This document shows positions 18,403 to 28,761 of a stretch of 64,000 nucleotides of DNA, in pieces. Under the pieces are notes generated by a model, which saw nothing but the letters and a program-made list of their open reading frames with translations, did not search any database and had not been told where the DNA came from. This DNA comes from Escherichia phage vB_EcoM_ESCO8. The position numbers and the translations under genes are program-made. Location of the stretch: sequence record OM386653.1, one strand, 5' to 3'. How positions within the stretch are numbered: the stretch's first letter is position 1; each line of letters opens with the position of its first letter.

Positions 18403-19504
18403 TCCTACATTATATGGTAAAACTTCTACAGGTAAAATTAGACAGTGGTCAGTCTATACCGAAGGTAGTGTTGTAACTGTTGCTCATGGTCAATTAGGTG
18501 GAAAGATCACTAGCAAATCTTATACGGCAGAACCTAAAAATATTGGTCGCTCAAATGAAACAACAGCAGAAGAACAAGCTGAAATAGAAGCTCTTGCCAA
18601 ATGGACAAAGCAAATTAAGAATGGGTATTATAAAACAAAAGAGGAAGCTGAAAACCATGTTCCTTCTACACCCATGAAATGTCAGGATTATAAAGATTAT
18701 GCTGATCGTGTTTTGTTCCCAGGTTATGCACAATATAAATTGAATGGTCTACGTTCAATGATTAACATGCAAGGTGAATGTTTATCTAAAGCTGGAGAGG
18801 TATATAAACTCCCACCTCACTGGGAAGAAATTCCAACCTTCATTAAAGAAGTAGTTGGTCATCCTCTTGACGGTGAAGTTTTTGCTGGTTTGGGTATCCT
18901 TAGCCTTCAACAAATTAATAGTGCGTGGAAAAAGCATAATGCTAACACTCCGCTTCTTAAATACTATGTATATGATGTTCCCGTGCCATCTGTACCATTT
19001 GAGAAGAGGGTTCAAGTTTTGGCTGCTCTCAAAGAAGTTGTTGAAGATAAAGGTTTAGATGAACTCATTTGTGTAGTACATACAGAGTACATTGAAAACC
19101 AAGAGCAGTTTGATGCTTTCTATGCAAAAGCTCTACGTGAGAAAGCGGAAGGTGTGGTGTATCGTAACGCACAAGGTGTTTACGAGTTTGATAAACGTTC
19201 TTATGATGTTATTAAACGTAAACCACGGCAGACGCTTGAAGTTAAAGTGGTAAGTGCAAAGCGTGATAAAAATGGTGACGGGGTATTGACAGGCGAGATG
19301 GAAAATGGTAAAGTAGTCGAATTCCTGATGCGTAAGGATTCAGATGAAACCATTAACTATCGTAAAGCAGAAAATGCCGAAATGTTAATTGGTAAATTTG
19401 TTGAGATTGAGTATGAAGAGTTTTCCGATGGTGGAATACCTACGAAACCAACAGGTGTCCGTTTACGGGAAATGGTGGAGGGAACATGGGAGCCAAGAGA
19501 GTAG
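18390..19504 (+). CDS. ATP-dependent DNA ligase (probable)
   Basis: Motif I KLNGLR; ~370 aa; start at ATG after GAGGT RBS. Confidence 0.6.
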
Positions 19505-20115
19505 ACCTTGTAGGTAAGAAATGCGGTTGTTATACTGTCTTAGAAGAGATTGAAAGGGACAAACATGGCAAAAGACGTTTTACTTGTTCTTGTGATTGTG
19601 GTAATATTTGCACGGTAACTATGGAAACACTTAGGAAGAGTAGAAGTTCTTATTGTTCCAAGTGTAGACCGAAAACAACACAAACAGGAGCATACAAATC
19701 GTGGGAAGCTATGTTAGGGAGATGCTATAACAAAAACAATACTCACTTTGAATACTACGGTGGTCGTGGTATTAAGGTTTGTGATGCTTGGAGAAATTCA
19801 TTCTCTGCATTCTTTGAGGATATGGGAGATAGACCTAAAGGTTTATCTCTTGACAGAATAGACTCGGAAAAAGATTACAGTAAAGAAAATTGTCGCTGGG
19901 CTACAAGGTCTGTCCAGTCATACAATACACGAAAACAGAAAAATAACACTTCTGGTAAAACAGGTGTTGTGTGGAGCGAGAAAGAAAAAAGATGGATTGC
20001 TCGTATATCCTATCAAGGAAAAGATATCCGTCTTGGAGCATTTATTGATATTGAAGATGCTATATCAGCAAGACAGGAAGCTGAAGTATTGTATTTTGGT
20101 AAGATTAAAACATAA
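19486..20115 (+). CDS. AP2-domain/zinc-finger endonuclease-like protein (possible homing endonuclease)
   Basis: N-terminal Cys cluster; C-terminal AP2-like VVWSEKEKRWIARISYQGKDIRLGAF. Confidence 0.55.
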   Translation: MGAKRVDLVGKKCGCYTVLEEIERDKHGKRRFTCSCDCGNICTVTMETLRKSRSSYCSKCRPKTTQTGAYKSWEAMLGRCYNKNNTHFEYYGGRGIKVCDAWRNSFSAFFEDMGDRPKGLSLDRIDSEKDYSKENCRWATRSVQSYNTRKQKNNTSGKTGVVWSEKEKRWIARISYQGKDIRLGAFIDIEDAISARQEAEVLYFGKIKT

Positions 20116-20126
20116 AGGAGGTTGCA

Positions 20127-20318
20127 ATGAACATTGAAGTTATTTTGATTCTTGTGTTGCTTTCTCTTGTTGCTTGTGGTATAATTTTCGCATCAACTTT
20201 CCCTCACCCAACATGGTGGCAGAAGGTTAGTCTGATGATTGTCTACGGTGCAGCAGGTGTACAAATGGGTGCAGTTGTTGTATATCTGGTGGAATTTACA
20301 AAACAATATTTTAAATAA
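20127..20318 (+). CDS. Small membrane protein (2 TM)
   Basis: ORF track; hydrophobic helices. Confidence 0.5.
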   Translation: MNIEVILILVLLSLVACGIIFASTFPHPTWWQKVSLMIVYGAAGVQMGAVVVYLVEFTKQYFK

Positions 20319-20327
20319 GGAGAAACA

Positions 20328-21050
20328 ATGATTGAGAATTTTTTTAAACAAGTAAAAGTGGACAATAGCTTCTTTATCAAAGCTGCCGATCAAATTGTTG
20401 CTTGGAATGCTAAGGCACGTGGTGGAGTAACTCCAGAATTTACTCAAGAGATGTTTGAAGCTCAACTTTCTTTTGTACGCGAAGAACTAAAAGAGTTTCA
20501 AGCAGCAGCACAGGAAAATGATCACGTTGAATTACTTGATGCAGCAGCAGATATTTTTGTGGTAGCCTCCTACCTGGCGTTTATGTTCTTTGGTAAAGAA
20601 GGTGTTGATAAAGCTCTGGAAATGCCAACAGGAGATGTTCTGGCAGAGAACATTTACGATGTTATCATTGAATTTGATAAAATGGTAGAAAATGACTTGC
20701 AATTTGCCTTAATGTCTCTTACACTTACCCGTATGGCACGAGATACTTTGGTGCGTTCTGTTTATAACGAGAAGAAGGTTATGCGTGAAGTGTTGAATAG
20801 CAATGAGTCCAAGTATCCTACCAAGAAGCAACTCCTGGCTATTTGGGAAACTAAGGATATTATTGAAGCTCTTGAAAAAGAGTGCGATGCTATCGAGATG
20901 CGAAGCAAAGATCGTGCAGAAGGTTCTTATACTGGGGTACATGCTGTATATAACGAAGTTCAAAAGGTGTACGTATTCTTTGATGACAAAGGTAAAATTA
21001 TGAAACCATCTACCTTTGTTAAACCTAATATCGCAGCAATCATTGCTTAA
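20328..21050 (+). CDS. MazG-like nucleoside triphosphate pyrophosphohydrolase (possible dNTPase)
   Basis: All-alpha acidic motifs (EELKEF, ELLDAAADI). Confidence 0.5.
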   Translation: MIENFFKQVKVDNSFFIKAADQIVAWNAKARGGVTPEFTQEMFEAQLSFVREELKEFQAAAQENDHVELLDAAADIFVVASYLAFMFFGKEGVDKALEMPTGDVLAENIYDVIIEFDKMVENDLQFALMSLTLTRMARDTLVRSVYNEKKVMREVLNSNESKYPTKKQLLAIWETKDIIEALEKECDAIEMRSKDRAEGSYTGVHAVYNEVQKVYVFFDDKGKIMKPSTFVKPNIAAIIA

Positions 21051-21056
21051 GAAATA

Positions 21057-21078
21057 AAGCCCCTTCGGGGGCTTATTG
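21057..21078 (+). terminator. Stem-loop terminator (AAGCCCC-TTCG-GGGGCTT)
   Basis: GC stem, short T-rich tail. Confidence 0.45.
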
Positions 21079-21086
21079 GAGGTATT

Positions 21087-21365
21087 ATGTTAACAGCAGA
21101 AGATATCTTTAAACACGGTTTGCGTCAGGTAATCAAATCCTTGAAGAATGCAGGTATTGAAGATATCACACAGGAAATTGTTGGTTTAGAAAAAGAAGGT
21201 AAGAGAACAGAATTTAAGTTTTACACAGAAGAACAGTGGCTGAGTAATCCGCAAAACAAAGCTAATGAGGCTGTTAGTCTGTTTGGTAAATCTTATAAAG
21301 GATTTAAATATCCTGATCATATTGTCGAATATGATGGTGTAAAATATTTTGTAGTTATTATTTGA
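21087..21365 (+). CDS. Hypothetical protein
   Basis: ORF track. Confidence 0.45.
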   Translation: MLTAEDIFKHGLRQVIKSLKNAGIEDITQEIVGLEKEGKRTEFKFYTEEQWLSNPQNKANEAVSLFGKSYKGFKYPDHIVEYDGVKYFVVII

Positions 21366-21375
21366 GGAGAAAACT

Positions 21376-22260
21376 ATGTTTGCTAAAAATTTCAAATCTT
21401 GCGTAACCCTGATTTCTGGTGATGGTCTGTCTATTTCCGCACTGAACACAGTAACAGACAAACCGCTGGATTTTGTTGTGGCACAGGGTCAACAAGCACA
21501 TACCATTGGTCTTGTTCGTTTTGAAGATGATGGTTCCTATGTAAAAGTGTTCTCTGGTTTAGAGGTTATTAAAGTAGGGCAATCTGTTAAGAAAGTTAAC
21601 AAGAAAAAAGTTAAACGCATTCTTAATGAAAAACTCCAAGAGATGGAACAAGAGTTTATTGCTGCAAATCCTACTAAAGAATTCTTCTTGGACAAAGAAA
21701 GTAAAAAAGCAATTGAGGCTGATATCGTGTTTTCTCTGCTCCCAGAAACAGAGGCAGATGATTTCTATAACTATGTTGTTGTAGACACTGAAAACAGTAT
21801 TACCTACGTTCTTAATGGTACTAAGAAAATTAGTGAAGATATTGCTGTGTTTCTTCGTGAGGTGTTGGGTACTTTCCCAGTCCTGCCGTTTAGTGTACAC
21901 GAAGAGGCCATTATTAAAGGTTTTGATACCATCTTAGAAGAACATGAGGCTGAACGACTGACCCTTGGTAATTATATTAAACTTGAAGATTCTGAAGGTG
22001 TGGTTGTATGGAGTAAAGAATCCCTTTATGAATCTCGTGCAGTAGAACTTATGGAAGATGGTAAGCACGTTGTTGCCATTGGCCTGGAATATGACGGTTT
22101 CGTTAACTTTATTGTTGATAAAGAATTTAAGTTGAGTGGTATTAAATTCCCTAAATACTTTAACGATGAAGAAGGATCTTTTGAAGCATCTGTCCTTCTG
22201 TGCTTTAATGAAATCCGTGGTATTATGCAAGACCTTATTAAGTCAACTATTCAAAAATAA
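21376..22260 (+). CDS. Hypothetical protein (294 aa)
   Basis: ORF track; RBS GAGGAGAA. Confidence 0.5.
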   Translation: MFAKNFKSCVTLISGDGLSISALNTVTDKPLDFVVAQGQQAHTIGLVRFEDDGSYVKVFSGLEVIKVGQSVKKVNKKKVKRILNEKLQEMEQEFIAANPTKEFFLDKESKKAIEADIVFSLLPETEADDFYNYVVVDTENSITYVLNGTKKISEDIAVFLREVLGTFPVLPFSVHEEAIIKGFDTILEEHEAERLTLGNYIKLEDSEGVVVWSKESLYESRAVELMEDGKHVVAIGLEYDGFVNFIVDKEFKLSGIKFPKYFNDEEGSFEASVLLCFNEIRGIMQDLIKSTIQK

Positions 22261-22263
22261 TAC

Positions 22264-22293
22264 TTGACTTACTAATTTAATATGTGTTAATAT
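22264..22293 (+). promoter_or_regulatory. Sigma70-like promoter candidate (TTGACT-N18-TAATAT)
   Basis: Hexamers upstream of 22336. Confidence 0.35.
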
Positions 22294-22335
22294 GCCTACC
22301 TACTTAGTTAGGTGGGCTTTTAAGGAGACACACCA

Positions 22336-22548
22336 ATGAAAAAACTTCTTGTCGGTTTACTTTTAGTAATCAGTTCTTATTCTTATGCTGGTCAAATAAC
22401 TTTAATTAATTCTGGAGAACAAGTTTCTGGAAGTACAAAATACTGTTTTTACTCTAACGGTATGTACGACAAGGTTATAGAGGTTTCTGCAAGTCGTCAG
22501 TGTCCCTACACACGAACATTCTCAACAGAGAGTTCAGATGATGAATAG
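22336..22548 (+). CDS. Small secreted protein (signal peptide)
   Basis: N-terminal MKKLLVGLLLVISSYSYA. Confidence 0.5.
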   Translation: MKKLLVGLLLVISSYSYAGQITLINSGEQVSGSTKYCFYSNGMYDKVIEVSASRQCPYTRTFSTESSDDE

Positions 22549-22640
22549 GAGGTAATATTAGCGGTTACATTTTAATCCAACCGGAAGACCTGCACAAATA
22601 TGTTGACGAGAACACAATTCTTGCAATAGACTACGATCAA

Positions 22641-23675
22641 GTGGCGTTCCAAGCATCTTCAGCTTTAGAACAAAGAAAAATCCACGCTGTACACAAGGCT
22701 TCCGGTAATGTAAAAGAGTTTGAAACAAGAACAGATTTTTGGGGTAAATCTTCAAAAAATATTGGAGGATGGTTAGGAGCACTTAACGCGCAACGCGAAG
22801 CTGCTGGTAAGAAGTTGTTCTCCAAGGAAGATTTTGAAATAAAAGATGTTCAAATAGTCCCAGAGAATATTTCTTTTACGTTTCAAGCTGCAAAGACAAA
22901 AATAACCCAGATGGTGGATCACCTAAAACTTCAAAAGTATTGCGGTGTCATCGGGGTAGGAAAAACCTTCCGGCATTCTTTCAAAATGCCAAAAGAATAT
23001 AAATCAGAACGATCAGATTTAAGACCAATCCAATTATCAGATACTAAAGATTATCTAGTTGAAAAACATAACGGTGACGTTGTTACTGGTATTGAGGCAG
23101 ATGATGCTTTAGAAATCTATGGATATGCAGGGTATAAAGCCTACAAGGAAACTGGTAAGTTTTCTCATATTGTAGCATCTATCGACAAAGATAGCTTACA
23201 CACACCAAGTTTACTCTTTAACTTTTATAAAGAGGATGGTGTTTATAAAAATCCTTGTGTTATTCTGATTGATGAATCTATCGGTGATATCTGGATCGTA
23301 GAAAAAGGTAAGAAAAAAGAAGTTAAGGGTTGGGGTAGTTACTGGTTAGCTTATCAAATGCTAATGGGCGATAAGACAGATAGTATTCGACCTTACCAAG
23401 ATTTCGATGTTAAGTTTGGAGATATTACTTGCTTTAATCTTATTTCCAAATGTAAAACACAGGCTGAACTTTTTCAGACAGTTAAAGATCAGTATTATGA
23501 ATGGTTCCCAGATGGCGTTAAATTTACTTCTTGGGATGGTGAAGAAGTAGAAATGACAACTGATGAATGGATAGAGACAATTTTTCAGTTGGTATATATG
23601 AAACGTTGGGCGAATGATGAAACAACTTTTGAAAGTATGCTACAAGCATATATTTCAGAGCAGGAGGAACATTGA
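22641..23675 (+). CDS. Hypothetical protein with EADD motif (possible nuclease); start uncertain
   Basis: ORF track (GTG start); GIEADDALE motif. Confidence 0.4.
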   Translation: MAFQASSALEQRKIHAVHKASGNVKEFETRTDFWGKSSKNIGGWLGALNAQREAAGKKLFSKEDFEIKDVQIVPENISFTFQAAKTKITQMVDHLKLQKYCGVIGVGKTFRHSFKMPKEYKSERSDLRPIQLSDTKDYLVEKHNGDVVTGIEADDALEIYGYAGYKAYKETGKFSHIVASIDKDSLHTPSLLFNFYKEDGVYKNPCVILIDESIGDIWIVEKGKKKEVKGWGSYWLAYQMLMGDKTDSIRPYQDFDVKFGDITCFNLISKCKTQAELFQTVKDQYYEWFPDGVKFTSWDGEEVEMTTDEWIETIFQLVYMKRWANDETTFESMLQAYISEQEEH

Positions 23676-24634
23676 GTAAATTAACAGACGAACAGAAAGC
23701 CTTGATTGTATCTATGAAAGCACAAGGTTATTCTTCGCGTAAGATTGCACAAGAGGTGTTGGGAAGTTCTACTAAGAAGAGCACAGTAAATGATTACTTA
23801 GCTCGTGTAAATTCACCACATCGTGGTGCTCCGCAAGATAAAGGTGGGCCAGTAATTAAAATTATTGACGTAGAGACAGCACCGGAGATTGTGTATAGCT
23901 TCTCACGTTTCAAAGCCTTTATTGCACCTGAACAAGTTATTCGTCGAGGTTACTTGCTTTCCTATTCCTCTGCTGATTTAGAAACAGGGGAAGTAGAAGG
24001 TAAGAACCTTAGCAATTACCCTTTGTTTGACATAGATCATACAGATGATTGGGAATTATGTCAAGATCTCTGGCACTTACTTGACGATGCAGATATTGTG
24101 ATCGCGCACAATGGTATTAAGTTTGATAAGGCTTATATTAACCAACGTTTTGCTTTTCACGGTATGGAGCCACCATCGCATTATGTTGTAATTGATACAC
24201 TCAAGGCAGCTAAGAAGCAGTTTGCACTACCTTCTAATGCGCTTAAAGAAATGTGTTTGTATTTTGATACAGAAAACTTTAAACTTGATAATGAAGGTTT
24301 TCCTTTGTGGAAAGCATGTTGTGAAGGAGATAGACATGCCTTCTTCCGTATGCAAACATACAACGATGGTGATGTTGTTTCTCTTAGAGATCTTTACATC
24401 AAACTTCGTGCATGGATTCCACAACATCCTAACGTATCTGCATTCTATGACGATGAAAAACTTCGTTGTCCTCGTTGCGGTAAAGAGCACCTTGAAGTTG
24501 TTCCTGGTAAGGTTTACACAACAGCGGTTAGTACATTCCAAGTGCTAAGATGCACATCATGTAATAGCCTGTCTCGTGGACGTGTTAATTTGCGTAGCAA
24601 AGAGAAGCGTGTAAACACTGTTATTGGAATTTAA
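23672..24634 (+). CDS. DnaQ-like 3'-5' exonuclease with N-terminal HTH and C-terminal zinc ribbon
   Basis: Motifs IIDVETA, IAHNGIKFD, YNDGDVV; CPRCG...CTSC. Confidence 0.6.
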   Translation: MSKLTDEQKALIVSMKAQGYSSRKIAQEVLGSSTKKSTVNDYLARVNSPHRGAPQDKGGPVIKIIDVETAPEIVYSFSRFKAFIAPEQVIRRGYLLSYSSADLETGEVEGKNLSNYPLFDIDHTDDWELCQDLWHLLDDADIVIAHNGIKFDKAYINQRFAFHGMEPPSHYVVIDTLKAAKKQFALPSNALKEMCLYFDTENFKLDNEGFPLWKACCEGDRHAFFRMQTYNDGDVVSLRDLYIKLRAWIPQHPNVSAFYDDEKLRCPRCGKEHLEVVPGKVYTTAVSTFQVLRCTSCNSLSRGRVNLRSKEKRVNTVIGI

Positions 24635-24635
24635 T

Positions 24636-24665
24636 AAAAAGGGGCGAAAGCCCCTTTATTTTTGG
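24636..24665 (+). terminator. Rho-independent terminator (GGGGC-GAAA-GCCCC + T-run)
   Basis: Stem-loop followed by TTTATTTTT. Confidence 0.7.
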
Positions 24666-24672
24666 AGGATTT

Positions 24673-25074
24673 ATGACTACAGCACTGGATATTCAAATTG
24701 ATGGTGATCACTACAAACGTATGCGTATGCAACCTTTGGAACTTGCATATCTAATTGGTGCAACTCCTTGTTTCACTAAGTTAGCTAAGTATGCTTGTCG
24801 AAACAAAGGTGATCGTGTGATCAACCTAAACAAAGCGATTCACGTTATTCATATTGAAAAAGAATTAAGTGATAAGTATTACAATATGTTGTATGAAGCC
24901 TACCCTAACTTAAAAAATCCTGTAAAAATTGAGTTAGCTAATCAGCTAATTGATTTATACACAGATGATGATCTTGTTCGTAAGGCTTTAAAAGCAATGT
25001 ACAAAGGTAAATATATTGAAGCAGCAGATGCTATTGAAACATTGAAGGAGAGTGTAGATGGCTTCTCACGGTAA
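24673..25074 (+). CDS. Hypothetical protein
   Basis: ORF track; GGAGG RBS. Confidence 0.5.
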   Translation: MTTALDIQIDGDHYKRMRMQPLELAYLIGATPCFTKLAKYACRNKGDRVINLNKAIHVIHIEKELSDKYYNMLYEAYPNLKNPVKIELANQLIDLYTDDDLVRKALKAMYKGKYIEAADAIETLKESVDGFSR

Positions 25075-25252
25075 ACAATACGGAGAGGGTGAAGTATATA
25101 AAATATACAATAAACGTGGAGATAAACTCTTATATACAATCACAATCCCAGAAAACATGTGTAAGGCTGGTTTAGACCGTATGCTTTTCTTTAAATATAA
25201 CATTCCACCTGGAGATTATGTAGCTAAAAAGGTGAGCACTATTGGAAAATAA
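25058..25252 (+). CDS. Hypothetical protein
   Basis: ORF track. Confidence 0.4.
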   Translation: MASHGKQYGEGEVYKIYNKRGDKLLYTITIPENMCKAGLDRMLFFKYNIPPGDYVAKKVSTIGK

Positions 25253-25817
25253 AGAACCTAAAGTTATTTGGGGAGATGGAACACCTTGGAAAACTCAAGC
25301 AGCCTTTTATACATATTTAAGGGGTTGCTTAAGGAAAGCATGGGTGAGACACCCGAATAAGATAAAAAAGATCCAATCTGTACGATTTAAAGCTGATAGA
25401 TTGGATAAAGATGGAAATATAGTCTTAGATAAGAAAACAGGCAAACCGAAACAGGTTTGGAATTGTAAGTGTGAATTGTGTGGACATACAGGAGGTATGA
25501 AAGACTTTCAAGTAGACCATATTAATGCAGCAGGTACATTAACCTGTTATGAAGATATCCCAAGTTTTGTTTTACGCCTATTGTACGTAACAGAAGACGA
25601 CCTGCGTGTAGTTTGTAAGCAGTGTAACGCTATCCTGGCTTACGCTGACAAGCACGATATGACATTCAGGGAAGCAAAAGCGGAGAAGGAAGCGATAGCT
25701 TTATGCCAGTCTAAAAAGGATAAAAATTGGCTAACGAAGCGCGGAATTTCACCAGAAAGTACAGTAAGTAAGAGAAGAAAACAAATAGTAAAAATTCTTC
25801 TTGACGAAGAGAAATAA
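25242..25817 (+). CDS. HNH endonuclease (possible homing endonuclease)
   Basis: CKCELCGH...QVDHINAAG...CKQCN motif. Confidence 0.6.
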   Translation: MENKEPKVIWGDGTPWKTQAAFYTYLRGCLRKAWVRHPNKIKKIQSVRFKADRLDKDGNIVLDKKTGKPKQVWNCKCELCGHTGGMKDFQVDHINAAGTLTCYEDIPSFVLRLLYVTEDDLRVVCKQCNAILAYADKHDMTFREAKAEKEAIALCQSKKDKNWLTKRGISPESTVSKRRKQIVKILLDEEK

Positions 25818-25828
25818 TAAAGTATTAT

Positions 25829-25850
25829 CGCTCCCACAAATGGGAGCGTT
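25829..25850 (+). terminator. 8-bp hairpin (CGCTCCCA-CAAA-TGGGAGCG), weak terminator or RNA structure
   Basis: Perfect inverted repeat; poor T-tail. Confidence 0.35.
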
Positions 25851-25862
25851 AGAGGAGAAAAT

Positions 25863-26426
25863 ATGGCTAAACTTTATTTCCGATATAGTCCGATGAACAG
25901 TGGTAAAAGCACACATCTGCTACAAACAGCTTGGAACTATAAAGAAAGAAATATGAAAGTTCTTCTTTTAACTTCAGCTTTAGATACCAGATCTGGTTGT
26001 GCTATTGCTTCTAGGATAGGTATTAAAGAGGAAGCAAAACCAGTTAAAACAAAAGAAGATATGCTGGAAATTTATACACAACTTAAAGAAAATCCAGTCG
26101 ATGCAGTATTTGTGGACGAATCACAATTCCTAACTAAAGATATGGTTGACATTCTTGGAGATGTGGTAGATAATTACGATATTCCTGTATTCTGTTATGG
26201 GCTTAAAACAGATTTTGCTACAGAATTGTTTGAAGGTTCTGAACGGTTATTAGCCATAGCAGATTCAATTACAGAATTGAAAAGCATTTGTAAATGTGGA
26301 AGAAAAGCTATTTTCAATGCTAGACTTATCGACTCTAAAGAACAGATTGTTATTGGAGGAGAAGACATTTACGAAACAATGTGTAGAAAATGTTATAACA
26401 GGAGAAATAATGCGTCTAGTATGTGA
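25863..26426 (+). CDS. tdk: Thymidine kinase
   Basis: P-loop SPMNSGKST; C-terminal CxxC zinc motifs; 187 aa. Confidence 0.8.
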   Translation: MAKLYFRYSPMNSGKSTHLLQTAWNYKERNMKVLLLTSALDTRSGCAIASRIGIKEEAKPVKTKEDMLEIYTQLKENPVDAVFVDESQFLTKDMVDILGDVVDNYDIPVFCYGLKTDFATELFEGSERLLAIADSITELKSICKCGRKAIFNARLIDSKEQIVIGGEDIYETMCRKCYNRRNNASSM

Positions 26427-27000
26427 TTGGGATTTAGTAATAGCTCCTGCCGATATAGAATGGTTGAGTTGGTTAAATGCGGTAAGTAGATCTAATATCA
26501 AGTTTGATAAGACACAAAAGACTGTGCATTATGATATTACGAAATATTTTCCTGATTTTAAAAAGCAATTTGGTGTAGATCCTTACTCTTTTTGGGATAA
26601 CCAACATCTATATGATACTATGGGAGTAGTACCTAATAGTACAGATGTTGTTCATCGTATAATTGCAAATGGAGCTAATATATCTATAGCAAGCCACACT
26701 AAGGGTGGACACCTTAGTTCTAAATATAGACACGTAACACGATCTTTAGATAAAGTGGACTTTAGTAGAACATCTGGTAATGGCTTTTTCGCAACAAAAG
26801 AAAAATACTTATTACCTTGCGACGTAACTATTGACGATAGGGCTGAAAATCTTGTCCTATTTCCAGATGAAACGTTGAAAATATATTTCAACACTATTTA
26901 CGAAGATCCATACTTGGAAGAGTTAAAGAAACTTCCTAATGTAATTATCACTGGTTTAGATAATCAGTGGGAAGAAATTGAAAGTATTTTACTACCTTAA
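26410..27000 (+). CDS. 5'(3')-deoxyribonucleotidase, HAD family (probable)
   Basis: ORF track 26296..27000 trimmed to ATG after AGGAGA RBS; DWDLV HAD motif I. Confidence 0.55.
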   Translation: MRLVCDWDLVIAPADIEWLSWLNAVSRSNIKFDKTQKTVHYDITKYFPDFKKQFGVDPYSFWDNQHLYDTMGVVPNSTDVVHRIIANGANISIASHTKGGHLSSKYRHVTRSLDKVDFSRTSGNGFFATKEKYLLPCDVTIDDRAENLVLFPDETLKIYFNTIYEDPYLEELKKLPNVIITGLDNQWEEIESILLP

Positions 27001-27009
27001 GGAGAAATA

Positions 27010-27981
27010 ATGACAAACTCTATTTCAGCAAAAATTATTGCACACTCTCAAACATCTGAAGGTAAGGATATTGTTACCTTTGAACTTGAATATCCTCGAA
27101 TCATTCACTCTGAATTGATGACGCATCGTTTGTTTTCTCGTAATGCCGCATCAAGTCGAGCTATCCCTGTTAAAACTCTAATTGAAATGGTACGGCAATC
27201 TCCAGCACGTCCTTATCGTTTTGGTGCTAACCAACCAGGTATGCAAGATAAAGGCACAGATCACGATGCCCTGATTGATGCAGGTTACACTGCAAAAGAA
27301 TGGTGGGACTTGGCTGCGCTAAGTGCTGCACGTTTTGCAGAAGAGTTTGCCCTTGCTGGTTATCATAAACAGGTTGCAAACCGCCTACTAGAACCATTCC
27401 AGCGTATGAAGACTGTAGTAACCACTACAGAGCTAGAAAACTTCTTGTGGTTGCGCGTAGATGCTGATGCAGATCCTACTATTGAGGCTCTTGCTAAAGA
27501 AATTAAAAAACTGTATGAATCTTCTGAACCATATCTTCTTTTCCCAGGGGAATGGCATACACCTTACGTTAATCGTGATCGAGATCCAGAAACTGGTATG
27601 ATCCGTTATTTCTTGGGTGAAACCTTCTCCAACGAGAAAATGTTGACAGAAGAGGAAGCAAAAGCTATTTCAGCTTCTTGTTGCGCTCAGGTAAGTTATC
27701 GTAAATTGAATGATACTAAAGATAAAGCATTGGATATCTATTCTCGTTTGCTGTCTGGACAAAAGGTACATGCATCTCCGTTTGAACACCAGGCAACGCC
27801 AATGAAAGAAATGGATTTGTCAGGATTAAAACAACAGAAAGGTGGTATTAATATTCCTCCGTTCCCTACTTCTTGGGAAGAAGGTATTACACATATGGAT
27901 CGTAAACATCGTTTGTGGAGTGGAAACTTCTGTGGTTGGATTCAACATCGTCAACTTTTGACTAACCATACAAAATGGTAA
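27010..27981 (+). CDS. thyX: Flavin-dependent thymidylate synthase
   Basis: ThyX signature HRxFSRNxxSSR. Confidence 0.75.
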   Translation: MTNSISAKIIAHSQTSEGKDIVTFELEYPRIIHSELMTHRLFSRNAASSRAIPVKTLIEMVRQSPARPYRFGANQPGMQDKGTDHDALIDAGYTAKEWWDLAALSAARFAEEFALAGYHKQVANRLLEPFQRMKTVVTTTELENFLWLRVDADADPTIEALAKEIKKLYESSEPYLLFPGEWHTPYVNRDRDPETGMIRYFLGETFSNEKMLTEEEAKAISASCCAQVSYRKLNDTKDKALDIYSRLLSGQKVHASPFEHQATPMKEMDLSGLKQQKGGINIPPFPTSWEEGITHMDRKHRLWSGNFCGWIQHRQLLTNHTKW

Positions 27982-27998
27982 TCAACTTAAAATTATAG

Positions 27999-28027
27999 TT
28001 GACTTTTAATTGAGATTCGTGTAGTAT
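27999..28027 (+). promoter_or_regulatory. Sigma70-like promoter candidate (TTGACT-N17-TAGTAT)
   Basis: Hexamers upstream of 28079. Confidence 0.35.
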
Positions 28028-28078
28028 AGGCTAACGTTAGGAGAGCTATGCTCTCCTTAAAAGAGAGAAGGAGAATTT

Positions 28079-28489
28079 ATGTCACTAATTAATACAACCA
28101 TTTGGGCGACCGTAAGTATGTCTACCATTAAGGCTACACCGATCTGGAAAGAAATGGCTAAAAAGCACGGAGGAAAAATTCCTCACGAGTATCATAACAC
28201 TACATTGCGAGCAGCATTAGTAATGCTTGGTATGTCTACCGATGGACATTATACAGTAGAACGTGGTGTTAATATTCGTAGTAACAACAATCGACGTGTG
28301 GTGTTTGCAAATACTACATTGTATACTTTCCCAGTTCGACAAGACTATAAATATAAGCGAATCTATCAAGGTGTAGATATTTTGCACTTTGGAGAAGAAG
28401 ATTTTACAGGTTGGGGTAGCTCTCATATCAAAATGGAAGACTTCGGAAATGAACATGATCCATCACGAGATGATGATTCTGAATTCTAA
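28079..28489 (+). CDS. Hypothetical protein
   Basis: ORF track; RBS. Confidence 0.5.
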   Translation: MSLINTTIWATVSMSTIKATPIWKEMAKKHGGKIPHEYHNTTLRAALVMLGMSTDGHYTVERGVNIRSNNNRRVVFANTTLYTFPVRQDYKYKRIYQGVDILHFGEEDFTGWGSSHIKMEDFGNEHDPSRDDDSEF

Positions 28490-28750
28490 TTGAGAGGCCA
28501 AATGACAGAAAGTAATAAATATGAAGGCTGTGAAATTGAAGTCTATTTTGATGAAACATTAGGTTGCAATGTAACAGTTATCCTTGATACATCTAAAAGA
28601 TTATCACCAAAAAGACAAGAAGCAGACCGCAAAGCAAAGGCAAAAGGTTTTGAAGGTATAGATCATTTTGAAGGTTTTCTATACGCAAATGGCTTATATA
28701 ACGAGATGCGTGGCGGTTATGATGTAGATGTTCTAAACATGCACAATTAA
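28490..28750 (+). CDS. Hypothetical protein
   Basis: ORF track. Confidence 0.45.
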   Translation: MRGQMTESNKYEGCEIEVYFDETLGCNVTVILDTSKRLSPKRQEADRKAKAKGFEGIDHFEGFLYANGLYNEMRGGYDVDVLNMHN

Positions 28751-28761
28751 TAGGAGAGGAA

